Below, one piece after another: positions 52,280 to 64,000 of a stretch of DNA of 64,000 bases (its first letter is position 1; each line of letters opens with the position of its first letter). A program made the translations under genes and the position numbers. The stretch lies in assembly GCF_004010195.1 (NCBI RefSeq), contig NC_057711.1, forward strand, positions 75,449,764 to 75,513,763, given 5' to 3'. The notes under the pieces were generated by a model that made no database searches, was not told the DNA's origin, and was given only the letters and a program-made list of their open reading frames with translations. This DNA comes from Chiloscyllium plagiosum (taxonomy: Eukaryota).

Positions 52280-54000
52280 TCCTGTAATATCTTATTCTAT
52301 TATTATTATACCTGGTGATGATGTCACACAGTTGCAGATCAGAGTATAAAGTGTGGTTGGGGGTAGAACAGTCAAGAAGAATATACCAGACTAGAATAGG
52401 TCTTTTCGAGCCAGTCATAAGAGTACGTGCACATGACTATTTGATGAAGATAAATTAGGTTTTAACTGTAAGATCAGAGTCTGGTGTGTATATATATAAT
52501 ATATATGATTACCATGTAGGGCTGTATTTAGTATTAATATAAAGTAAATAGCGTTATGTCAAAGTCCAAATTTGAAGACCGTTCTTGAATTTATGTTCTC
52601 CTTGACTGGTCTGTCTTGAACGTAAACTCATTGTATGGCATCAAACCACAGGATTGGACCATCCAACCACCAACAGATATACTACAACATTTCCAGCATC
52701 TACTGATCAAGATACAAGGATATGATTTTAAAGTGGGCATAAATTAGGTACCAGGCTAACTCTCTCTGACAATCTGAGCAGATCATCCAACCCAAACATA
52801 GACCAAAATTTACCTCATGACCAACATAATGATGCTGTAGACTACAAAGTTGAAGATGCTTTCGGGGTTGATCAGTTGGTCAGAGCCAGTGTGAACAGTT
52901 GCAATTGGCAAATGAGGGAAAAATGAGCAACTATAAGAGGTATAAAAGATCATTATCCAGAGATGGCCTCACCGTATTAAAGAAATATCTGAGAAGGTTA
53001 GTTCATTTTGGCCACACAGTGATGAATTTGGTGTACCGCAGCAAGCCATTTCAAGGGCAAGAGAAAGTAATAAGAAAAGCACTATGCCAAGATATCTTGT
53101 CCATGTTACAGCAGAGTCTTGAACTCACAAGATGTCTAGTAAGAGAATCTGGGCACTGGCCATGGGATGAATCGGGATGTTCAACAACTGATGACTACTT
53201 GTGAAGTACGCACAGCAGTGGAGTGAGCTTGTAAATCCATACCAAGTTCTATCTATTCCTTGAATGAAAGTATCAACCGTCCATCAGAGAGATTACAGAA
53301 TTATGATGGATTACTTGTCTAAATTTCTCATTTTTCAATGACTTTGCTACAAAACGAGCATAACTGTCTCTGATATGATGAATGCTATTTCCAGATTATT
53401 CAATATCTGACAATGCACTGTAATACACAGACTAACTAAGTACTAAGTAGGGAGTGACCCATATCACATCTTCATCGCAATCAAATGGTCTAGCAGAATG
53501 TATCATGTGTACTATTGAATCAATTATCATTAAATGTAGACCAACGTTGCATTGCTGCATTCTTTGCAATACCAACAGAGAGAGAATTACAATCCCCAGC
53601 GCAACCTATGCTTAGAAGGCAAATACAAATGACTATGCCCAGCAACTAATTGTCTAATCATTGAGACAGTGGACATTCTTCACCAAAGGCAGAGGAGAAT
53701 TAAGGAGATACAGGTGAGCAAACAGCTAAAGAACTTGCAAAACTGCATGCTGGGCAGAGAGTGAAAGTTAAAAATACAAAGACCCAGATCTAGTAATGTT
53801 GTATAAAATATGTAACCAGTCCAGATAGTATGAAGCCATTATTGATCATGGTGCTCGGTTGAGAAATGGTAAAAGCCAGTTTGGATCAATGTACAGCACA
53901 CTAAACATGTCTGAGGAAGAACACTCCAATGATGATTGTGCAGTGATGTCAAGTGACAACAGCCAGTAACAAGGCAAACAGGTTGGCAAGCCATTGCAAC
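52280..54000 (+). mobile_element. Decayed Gypsy element (LTR-like segment plus integrase)
   Basis: KALCQDILSML...TRCLVRESGHWP (integrase zinc-finger region), HITSSSQSNGLAE, SPAQ.ML.RQIQ. LTR-like stretch ending ...actacaaca at 52689. Confidence 0.65.
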
Positions 54001-54469
54001 AGACAACAATGTGTACCTCTCTAGTCAGGTATATAATCACTGCATTAAGATTAGTTACATTGGATTTTGAACCCTGTTTTATATGTTTGTATAGTTATTA
54101 AAGAGAATACTACATGCTTATGAACAACCATGAGTATCTGTTGAGAAATTTTAATCGTTCGAAAAACCATGTGGTTTGTCTCATGGTTAATATATCAGTA
54201 TAACTTTAAAAGAGATGCTTATATCATTACTGTAACATAGTATGTGACACGAGGATATAGGGATCTCATACTCCATCTCACCCTGGGATCACTTTACACA
54301 TTGTGGTCAATTCTTAATGCCTGTTCTCTGGACAGTTAGGAATGGGCAATAAATGCTGGCCAAGCTAGTAATGTCTGCATTTTTGAATAAAAAAGAATGA
54401 CCCATTAATAAAAGCATACTGTCTTTTGTAATATAATAGTTTAATGTTAGCCAAGATACCTGTTTGTCT

Positions 54470-54760
54470 GTGAATAGAAAGTACAGCATAAGAGCAGGCC
54501 CTTCAACCCAACCATGATGCCATTCAAACTAATCCCATCTGCTAACACATGGTCCATATCCCTCTATTCCCTGCCCGTTCATGTGTCTGTCTGAAAGCAT
54601 CCTAAACATTGCTATTACATCTGCTTCGACCACTTCCCATTTCAGACAACCACCATAATCTGTGAGGGGGAGAAAAGATGGGCATCGCAGATCTGCTTTT
54701 AACTACCCCACCCCCACCCCAACCCCTTAAACTTAGGCTCCCTAGTGTTTTGACATTCAT
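54470..54760 (-). mobile_element. CR1 LINE 3' fragment
   Basis: gtacagcataagagcaggcccttc...ggtccatatccctctattccctgc. Confidence 0.65.
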
Positions 54761-55619
54761 AAATGTTAGCTGTAGTGATTATCTGTCAGATTCTTTGACA
54801 TCCAGGCCCAGTTTCTTATGTTGCATAAAAGAAAGTAAGCATTGCTACTTTGAGTAAATGACCCTGTTGGATGCAGTGTCACCTCAGGTTGGATTATTGT
54901 AACTGAGTTAAACTAATAAACAGCAAAAAGATAAGAGTTAATTGCTTAATTACAGGCCAGAAGATTGGTCTTGGCTTCTTATAATAGGGGTGAGACTGGT
55001 CAGTTGAGAATTGATGCTACACTTACTGGTATTACAGATAGAAAGGGGATATACAGTTCTTGTCCTCATTTCTTCCTCATCCACCTTCTCAGCTGCTTGC
55101 CTCCTGACGGCAAGGTTATACAGCCTGCATCAAAACAGGATACGTCTTAAGACATGCTTCAAAATATAGAGCTGGGCTTCTTCAGAGCAAATTAGGCAGC
55201 AGAAGTATTGTTTAAGTACCCCAGTGGTCTGCTTAATCATATTTCATACGTCCAGATGGCTATAGTTAGAAATATGCTGCCTGTGCTTGTTTAAATTGTA
55301 CACCAAAGACATCAGACAAGTGATCGGTGCATCGCTATTTTTGTCCTCTGGTTTCTTATCGTGGCTCAAGTGTAGACTGAGACAAAATCAGCAAATCATA
55401 TCTGCTGCCACAATGCCAACCATTGACCTCCATGTTGTGCAGATTGTGATCACACTCCAGCAAGAGACTGAGGGAGTTGAATCTCTTAAGATTGTGGTAC
55501 ATCTGAGTTTTCATTTGACACCTAGAAAGTGGCTTGTGTAGTCAAGTGGCATGAGCACCACTGGGAAGCTCATATCCTGCCACCATCACTCCATCTGCTT
55601 CCCGCTGGCATAATGTAAC

Positions 55620-55950
55620 ATAGATATACATGACACCTCACTATGCCAGGGATGCAGGTTCGATTCCAGCCTTGGGTGACTGTCTGTATGGAGTTTGCAT
55701 ATTCTGTGTCTGTGTGGGTTTCCTTTGGGTGTTCCGATTTCCTCACACAATCCAAATTTAGGTGAATTGGCCATGCTAAACCTGTCTGTAGTGTTCAGGG
55801 ATGTGTAGGTGAGGTGCAGTAGTCAGGGGTAAATGTAGAGTAATAGGGTAGGGGAACGGGTCTGAATGGGTTATTGTTAAGAGGGTCGTTGTGGGCCTGT
55901 TGGGCTGAATGGCCTGTTTCTGCCCAATAGACATTCTCTGATTCTATGTC
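55620..55950 (+). mobile_element. HE1/V-SINE, degenerate
   Basis: ggttcgattccagccttgggtgactgtctgtatggagtttgc...ggtttcc...ggtgaattggccatgctaaa. Confidence 0.8.
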
Positions 55951-58865
55951 TTTACATGGAGAGCCTCCCTCCTGCAACAGTGAAGGAACAATGTTCAAAT
56001 GTTGAAAGTATCACCTGTTCCAGCCTGGAAGGAGTCCAGTATTTAAGAGCTCTCAGCCAGTGATAATGCTGTCCTCACCTATCTGAGGCTGCAACAGGTT
56101 TCATTAAGACTTCGTTAATGAAGCATTAACATATTGGATACTATTTGATGGAGGTGATGGGGTCTTACCAACTGGCACGAGTCAGCAACAGCCCCACATC
56201 ATTGCCTTTATGGAAGATTAGCCACTTTAAATGTAACTCAGGCACTTAACTGAACAACAGCAAGCATTCCCTGAGATCAAGGCTCTTTGAAGGGAGGAAG
56301 TCCTACCCTCTGAGAGCTGCTGGTCAATCAAAGGTTAGGAGATTGACCGGAAAAGCAGGAGAATAACTCTTCGTAGTTTCCCCTTACTGATGTCAGATTT
56401 CTCAACAAGGCATTGAGTTCTTTCGAAATGAGGGACTCTTCCTGGAATTCCATCTGCCTCGCCATGCTTCCTGACTATCATTGGGTTATTACCGACAATG
56501 CTGGAATGAGGCCTTTGGGCGCTCACTGATTGGCAGCTGGACCAGAAGGCCATCCATGGGCCCTCCTGCCATGAACTGTATCGTGGTAGCACTTACACCC
56601 ACCACCCTCCTTCCTCACTAAATACATCTGTGACACCAGATGTGCCATGGGCAAGAACATTAAAGTCTTCCCAGAGTTTCTCGATGAGGTGGAAGTTGGA
56701 GTATTTTTTCTAGAAGTACCTGGGTGAATATTTTGTGATAAAATGAAATTCATGTAAAACATGATGATGTAACTGATCACACGACTGTTACATCTGTAAG
56801 AGAGAAAACACCAGTCCTGAATAAAGCGTGTGAGAGAAGAAGACAGAGATACTGTACTCAAGTGCTGTATATGCAGATATAATTAAAGGAGCATCACAGT
56901 ACATAATGCATTTAAAAGCCTTACACTCAGAGAAGGACAGGCAGCCTCAGGGTCAGTGTATGTGCAGACACCCATAACCCAAGGTATTCCAGACTAGTTT
57001 CTCAATGTGCAGATAATAGGATGAACTTTACACAAGCTAATGCAAATCTGACCTTTTGCAAACTGTACTCCTCCCTCCTCTCCTCCTGCTCCCTTGAACA
57101 GATTGCCCGACTGTTTGCCTTTTCTGCCCATTTTGCAGGCCAAGGGGATGTCAATGATTGCAACCGTTTCTGCAGGCAAGTGGTCTGAACAGAACCCTTC
57201 AAATTAGAACCCAGTGGCTCAGCACATAACCTATGATGCCTAAAGAGTTTGCCAATCACCAAACCCTTCAACAGACATAGCAGCAAAACATAGAAATCAT
57301 TTCAGTCACTAGCCTAAAAGTAATTGATGATTCATTTAAAATGTGACGGTTTGTCCTTTCTGCTGTTGAATACATTGTCAGTTATCGAAGGTCAAAAGAG
57401 TTTCAGCTGGAACACTCATCATTACACCACCACTGGTTTCAAGCTAATGTTGCACATTGACTGATATCACCATCTCTTTACTTAGTATATCCTTGCCAAC
57501 ATGAGAGCCTACACGGTAAGCGTCAGAAATCTGATCTGGCTATGTAGATGTCTTTATGAATGGCACCCACAGCACCAAAAATGCAGATTTTATGCTACAA
57601 GCTCATTTGGCCAGATGGCTGGAGTGTGGATCAGACTAATGCCCACAGTATAATTGTTTGATCTCCATTCTGAGGTAGACTTGGAACCTGGTTCCTTGTG
57701 CTAACCATAGTAACAAATCATGGCACTTTACTGACTTTTGGCAAATCATCAACAAGGCTCTGACTTTGGGCGGAGAACTCTAAAAGGTGACTCGATTGAA
57801 GATTGCAATCCAAATATATATGCATATCACTTCATCAGATTTTTAATACACTGGGTGCTACCCACTTACAATTAAATTGAAACCGGGAGTATTGTAGGAA
57901 TAACAGAAGTATCTTCTATCACGGAAAGCAGTTCATTAACTTAAAGTTGATTTCCTGATTCTCCTTGACATGCAGGTGTATCAGCCAATTACACATATCA
58001 CCAAGCAATAAGAAAGGAAAGCAGCCTGGGGATGTTAAGTGATTTTTACTGATTTAGCAAAAAAAAATTAATTGCACAGGAATGATGCATTTGAAGTGAA
58101 ATTTTGCATCTAAGACTAGTATTCTCTGTGATCGGTGGAAAACTGAACTCCAGTTTATTATAGTAATGTTTGATTTATTGTTTCTCCAATGCTACAAATT
58201 TTCTGGTTCTGACTGCCTTCAGTCAATTTATCTGGTTCTAGCAGTAAGTGACAATTCCTTTAAATAGTGATTGTAAGTAATCCTTCCAGGGACTGTAGAA
58301 ATTGACATTGTACAAAGACATCACTCAACCATCATACCTGTGCTGTTCCTTTGCAATACAAAGCTAATTGTGCTATGCAGTTGATTCCAAAATATACTTC
58401 AAATATGTATTAACTTTTCTCTTTTAAAATGTTGTGTTAGGATTTGGGAAATGCTATTCTGCAATGAGCTGGAAATCACGGGCTATATACCTCTGATTTA
58501 TCAAAATGAGATCACAAATCTCTGGTTGTACCGGCAGGAGGATGTAAGGAGGTTTGTGCCGCAAAGAAAGGTCAGGTGTAATTGTTTCCACAGTGTATTC
58601 TTAGAGACAATAGCAGGATGGATGAAGCACTGTTGTGACAGGTAAAAATAGGTTGAGTTATTTCCATCTATCTGATCATTCAGTGGTGCCTTATAGGTAA
58701 TGCAGGCTGGTATAGGGATATGGTTTGTCCCTGATTAACACAGGTAATTTAGTAACATTGAAACCTCATTTATAATTATGTACTGCAGGCATAAAATTGT
58801 AGTCCTCCAGGATATCAACCAGATTTTTGATCAACATTGTGGCAGAAGATTGGAAGAAACCCCAT

Positions 58866-59287
58866 GACAATAGACAATAGACAATAGACAATAGATGCAG
58901 AAGTAGGCCATTCAGCCCTTCGAGCCTGCACCGCCATTCAATATAATCATGGCTGATCATTCCTAATCAGTATCCTCTTCCTGCCTTATCTCCATAACCC
59001 TTGATTCCACTATCTTTGAGAGCTCTATCCAACTCTTTTTTAAATGAAGCCAGAGACTGGGCCTCCACTGCCCTCTGGGGCAGAGCATTCCACACAGCCA
59101 CCACTCTCTGGGTGAAGAAGTTTCTCCTCATCTCTGTCCTAAATGGTCTACCCCGTATTTTTAAGCTGTGTCCTTTGGTTCGGCACTCACCCATCAGCGG
59201 AAACATGTTTCCTGCTGCCAGAGTGTCCAATCCTTTCATAATGTTATATGTCTCAATCAGATCCCCTCTCAGTCTTCTAAACTCAGC
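58866..59287 (-). mobile_element. Young CR1 3' fragment with (ACAATAG)4 tail
   Basis: ORF 58967..59290: EFRRLRGDLIETYNIMKG...FFTQRVVAVWNALP. Confidence 0.92.
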
Positions 59288-59359
59288 CACTTACGCCTAT
59301 CATCAATAAACATCAGAACAAAACATTTGGGGGGTGTTAACTGATTTTGTAATCAAATC

Positions 59360-59655
59360 TGTTTTTATTCATTGGATATGGGCATCTCTGGCTCAGTCAA
59401 TGGTCATTTCCCATCCCTAATTGCCCAGAGGGCAGTTAAGAGTCAACCACATTACTTAGGTCGGGAGTCACATGAGTTCTTAAAAATACCAGATGGGTAT
59501 TTCCAACAATCGACAGTAGTTTCATGGTCATCATTAGACACATAATTCTAGATTCTTTATTGAATTCCACCATTTGCCTTGGCAGGATTTGAAACTATGT
59601 CCCCACAACATTAGTTAATAATCTAGCAATAATACTACAAAGCCATTACCTTCAT
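59360..59655 (-). mobile_element. Deu-domain-type SINE
   Basis: cccatccctaattgcccagagggcagttaagagtcaaccac...ttgaattccaccatttgcc. Confidence 0.7.
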
Positions 59656-62419
59656 CTTGCAGGAATGATTCCTTTGAAGTAACATCTACATATAAGACTA
59701 GTGTGGTCTACAACCAATAGGGAAAAGTGCTAGACAGAGAGGGAGCACTTTTACTGACATAGTCTAATTAAAGCCAGATAAGAGAAAAATTTCTATTTGT
59801 AAATTTCAAAATAAGGTTCTTGGGAAGTTAAATATTTTGTATCTCATATGCAGAAATGGCACCCAAATTTCTACTTGTGTAGGAATTCTATTTAGTGTTT
59901 TAAAATGCCTGTTTTGTACTTATATTGTTTTGCCTTCAATGACTTGTACACTTTGTTTACTTTTATCTGAGTCCACATCCTGGTGAAACAAATCACCGCA
60001 AGCATCAGTATTGAGCAAACTTACACAATCAAACAGAACAGAATATGTAGCTTAAATGGCTAAATGCTTATTCTGCTCATAAAAGAAATAAAAAAGGGCA
60101 TAGATTTGAAATTATGTGCAACAGAGCATTTCTCACAGCGAGTTGTTAGGATTCAAGAAGGCATTAGATGATAAATTGGATAGAAATGGTGGGTAGGGAA
60201 ATGGGGAAAAGGCAGGTGATTGGCATTAAGTAATACATGTGATGGAGGGATTATGAGCCAAATGGCCGCCTCCTGTGCTGTAATAATTGTCATTGTGTGA
60301 AATTGTTTTAATGCTTTGGTGAATTAATAGTGGTTCTAAGAAATTGAACAATTTCTGAAATACAGTAATTTGGGGTAAAATGCTGTCTGTTCATTAAAGC
60401 CAACCAATACTTAAAATGTGTATTCCATGTGGATCATTTGGTTGGCATCTTTCCATTTATGAGAACTATCATCCTATAGCCACGAGGAAATAGGTTGAAA
60501 CCAAACTCATTTCATAAACAGTCTTTACAATCTGTAAATCCTAGAGAATATTTACTTGATCTGAGTCTGCATTGCAACACTGGAAACAGTGGTGAAAAAG
60601 TCAATTCTAACCTATTATACAATTCAATTCCTTTCCCATCTCTAGTTTAAAATTATTGCTTTCTTCCTCGTGAGTATTGCCTTAAATAATGGAAAAATAA
60701 CATGCTTATATTAATTTTCTATGAACAGTTGTCTTTAAGAAAACTGCCTAATCACTGTCTCTCATTCCATAATTTGTCCTTTCAGAGAACTAGAGTAATA
60801 TCAAGTGGTGATGCTATTGGAGCTGTGTACACTAAACCTTTCCTCCATCACTCGCTTAGCATGTCAACCTACTACCTAAACAGACCATCAATAATAAGAC
60901 CCTATTTTCATTACCTTTCATTTTTAAAGAGTTACAGTTTTAAAGTTTATAATTTAGGTCAGAATGTTCAGCAAGATGTCCTATTTTGGTCTAAATGTTT
61001 GGTGTACACTATCTTGATGTTTCCTCCTATGTACTTTTCAGAACGAAGTAATGATTTTTTTTTAGGTATTGAGGTAAAATACATTCACTGGTCAAAGTTT
61101 CAGACTGATCTTAACAACTAGATTTGAATAAATGGCACTGATGCACTTCATCCCAGAATAGGCGGGATGAGGATGAGGAACAGCTGTTAGCAACAGGAGC
61201 TGCCTGTCCGCTTGCAAATAAGAATTTTGATCTGGTTTCAGGGAGGGAAGGGGGCCAGCAGTGGATGCCCCAACTCCAGAGTAAATAACTTGCTAGGTTT
61301 CTCCCAAATATGTATTGTTAAAATCAACCCGATGTTTGCTCATAAAGGCTTTCTGTCGAATGAAATTGAATTGAAAAGAAATGAATCAGTGGCAATTCAT
61401 AATAGTATATCCCTTCACAGTATTTCTGAAAGCTGTGGTAGTGAGCACTGAATCAATCTTGACTAGAATAAGGCAAAATTATCAACACTAAATCTGCTAC
61501 TGTGCAGGTACCTGAGATCTGTTCCAACATGTGCGACAGCAACCCATATACAATGCCGCCTCTGTGGAAGAACTGCTATGTGAAACAGGTCATGTTTTAT
61601 AAAGAGTGCTGCTTCGACATTGCTAGTTAACCAGTCATTAGCAAGCAATATTGGAAGGCTCAAACAAAACAGTTTCTGCAACATCTCTAACAGCCCTTGT
61701 TATGTGATTGATAATATGATGGGTCAGAATTTAACATTGACTGTATCTCATCCACTGTATTCTGAGGGGTCACATCATTCTAAAGGTTAGATCAGTTTAA
61801 GATAACAGAATTTTAGAATTCATTTTATGGAATGATCACTATATACTGAGAAATTATTGGCTGTGGTTTACTGAAACATTAGATTTCCCAGTAATTTGTT
61901 AATTCACTCTGTAAATTTGAATTTTCATCAAAATCCTTCACATTGGGGAGCTGAGCAGGGAGGGCACTACCCATTATTATTGGCTGTGATATTGTTGGCA
62001 AATAAAGGTCCAGCAACAAAATAAACCCACTCGCAATAATACTGTACTCTACTAAAAATAAATGTTCTGGAAGGATTTAGAGGATGTTATATTATCTTCT
62101 TATTCAAATAATGATAAAAAGCCATTGAGGTTTTGTAGAGATTCTGATATGATATGACTGCAATATCATAACTCCCCTGTATCTATTTTGAAATCAGGTT
62201 TTGCCGTATTTAGATGTGCAAAATAAATAGGCTACTTTACTTTCTGATCTTCCTGCGATGTGGTTGTCATTTCTTTTAAATTCCCTTTTCATGTGATACA
62301 TAGGGAGAATCTTGGAGGCAAGTGAAAAGGTGAAAAGTTTAAAATTACGAAGCTTGATTTTGGTTTTAATGGAAGCAAGTTAAGGTGACTTTGAGAAGGT
62401 AGATCAATTATTGAAAGTT

Positions 62420-62690
62420 TTAAGGAACCTACATACCACAATTCTAACTGGGAGCGGTGGTGACATTGCCTGGATTTCTGCATCAATGAAATTACCAATG
62501 TTCTGAGGACATGGATACAAATTCCATCAAGAACCCATTTGGGTTTATGTCCTCTTAGGGAAGCAAACCTGCTGTCCTTACCTGGTCTGGTCTGCATGTG
62601 ACCTCAGACCCACAGCAATGTGGTGGACAATTAGGGGTGGGTAATAAGTGCTGACCCAACCAGTGATGCCCACATCTCATGAAGAAATGT
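62420..62690 (+). mobile_element. Deu-domain-type SINE
   Basis: tagggaagcaaacctgctgtccttacctggtctggtctgcatgtgacctcagacccacagcaatgtgg. Confidence 0.7.
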
Positions 62691-63399
62691 AACAAAATAT
62701 TATATATCTTATTATCATACAGAGGCTCAGATCTCCAGGCCTTGAGAGTTGGAGAAAGGAGGCAAAACGATTGGATTCGTGAGGTCTTAATTGCCCTGCA
62801 TATGGGTCAAGAGGAGCAGGAGTTCATTTCCCAGTGCCAGTAATCAGATGAAAGTTCACTGTGACTTTGGATTGTATTTTCTGAAGACTAGAGAAGGCAA
62901 GGTGACGCACAGGTTCAAAGAATTGCATAAGAGGCCATGCATCAGGTTGCTGACAATGGGGAAATAAGCTTCCAATTATACCAGTGATGGAAGACTAAGC
63001 AAACAGAAAACCCACCAGATATTGAGGGCTCTTTATTAGTATTCAAAGCCAATAGCATGCATAAATATATGCATAAATGTAATTCTTTTTAGCATTTAAA
63101 ACAGCTTTTTCATGAACAAAATTGTAGTCTCCAGTACTTTTAAGAACCAACCTATTGAATGCTAGTGACCTATATGTAGCCTACATGACTCAATGCAAGA
63201 ATGGACTTGTAGGAGAGTGAGCTATAAGGAGCTGCATAATGTTTGGAGATTTGTTTTTCTCTATTCACTTTGAGGGATGGAGTCTGAGGTAGGAAATGAC
63301 TAAACTCAAAATCCTTTCAATAATTAAAGGGTCAGCATATAGCAGAAGGACAGTGGGGCCAATTATTATTTCTGGTATTAGCTTGGTATTTCTGTCATC

Positions 63400-64000
63400 T
63401 CTTCAACATTCAAGGGTGAAGATGGACAGAGCAAACAACTGGTATTGTGCAAACATCTTCAACTTGAAATATCTAGAAGATAGTCTTAGCCTCCTCCCAA
63501 AGTCTCCAGTGTTACAACTGTCAGTCTTCAGTCTATTCAATTCACTCCATGTGATATCAAGAAGTGTTTGGAGGTGCTAGATACTGCAAAGTCTATGCAT
63601 CCTAATTCTTTCTGCTGGAGAACAAACTGTGACCTTGTCAAGAGTCTCCAATACAGCTACAACACTGGCATCTACCCAACAGTGTGGAAAATTGCCCAGC
63701 TGTGTCTCGTCACAGGGTCAATGTATCAAATTGCCACCTTGTCAGGTTATTATCAAAGCAATGGAAGGTGCTTCCTCAGCAATGACCTGCTCACTGACGC
63801 TCACTTTAGGTTCGAACAGGCCCACTCAGCTCTTAACCTCATAATAGACTTGTTCTGAACACAGAAGAAAAAGAGCTGAATCAGAGAGGGAAAGCGTGGG
63901 TGATTGTCCTTGACATCAAAGCAGCATTTGACTAAATTTGGCACCAAGGAGCCCGAGAAAAACCAGAGCAATCAGGGGTAAAACTCTCCTATGGTTGGAG
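63400..64000 (+). mobile_element. CR1-group LINE RT fragment (family of 13520-15895), running off the window
   Basis: LQYSYNTGIYPTVWKIAQLC, NDLLTDAHFRF, LDIKAAFD. Confidence 0.8.

Overview
Vertebrate genomic DNA, most likely from a shark or other elasmobranch (HE1/V-SINEs, Deu-type SINEs, abundant CR1 LINEs). The window lies inside the nuclear-receptor gene RORB on the + strand. It holds three unambiguous coding exons: 12960-13045 and 38265-38406 (DNA-binding domain) and 38713-39129 (hinge). A short upstream coding exon at 5695-5734 (MCQTQQKMKTEVI), missed by the ORF track, looks like the first exon of the retina/pineal RORbeta2 isoform. About 0.4 kb downstream of it is a CRX/OTX plus NRL/Maf-type motif cluster. 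I did not find the RORbeta1 first exon or the ligand-binding-domain exons, so they probably lie outside the window. The introns are full of decayed mobile elements (CR1, L2, RTE, Tx1-like, Gypsy, Harbinger, pogo/Tc2, SINEs). The most unusual signal is about 10 short Penelope-like-element (PLE)-derived inserts. Most are fold-back palindromes, several have 13-16 bp target-site duplications (TSDs), and they carry minimal hammerhead-ribozyme cores (CUGANGA-N-stemII-GAAA-CGUH). Every core I could read as intact lies antisense to RORB, and every sense-strand copy is broken. Repeat family names and most repeat boundaries come from motif recognition by eye, not from database searches.
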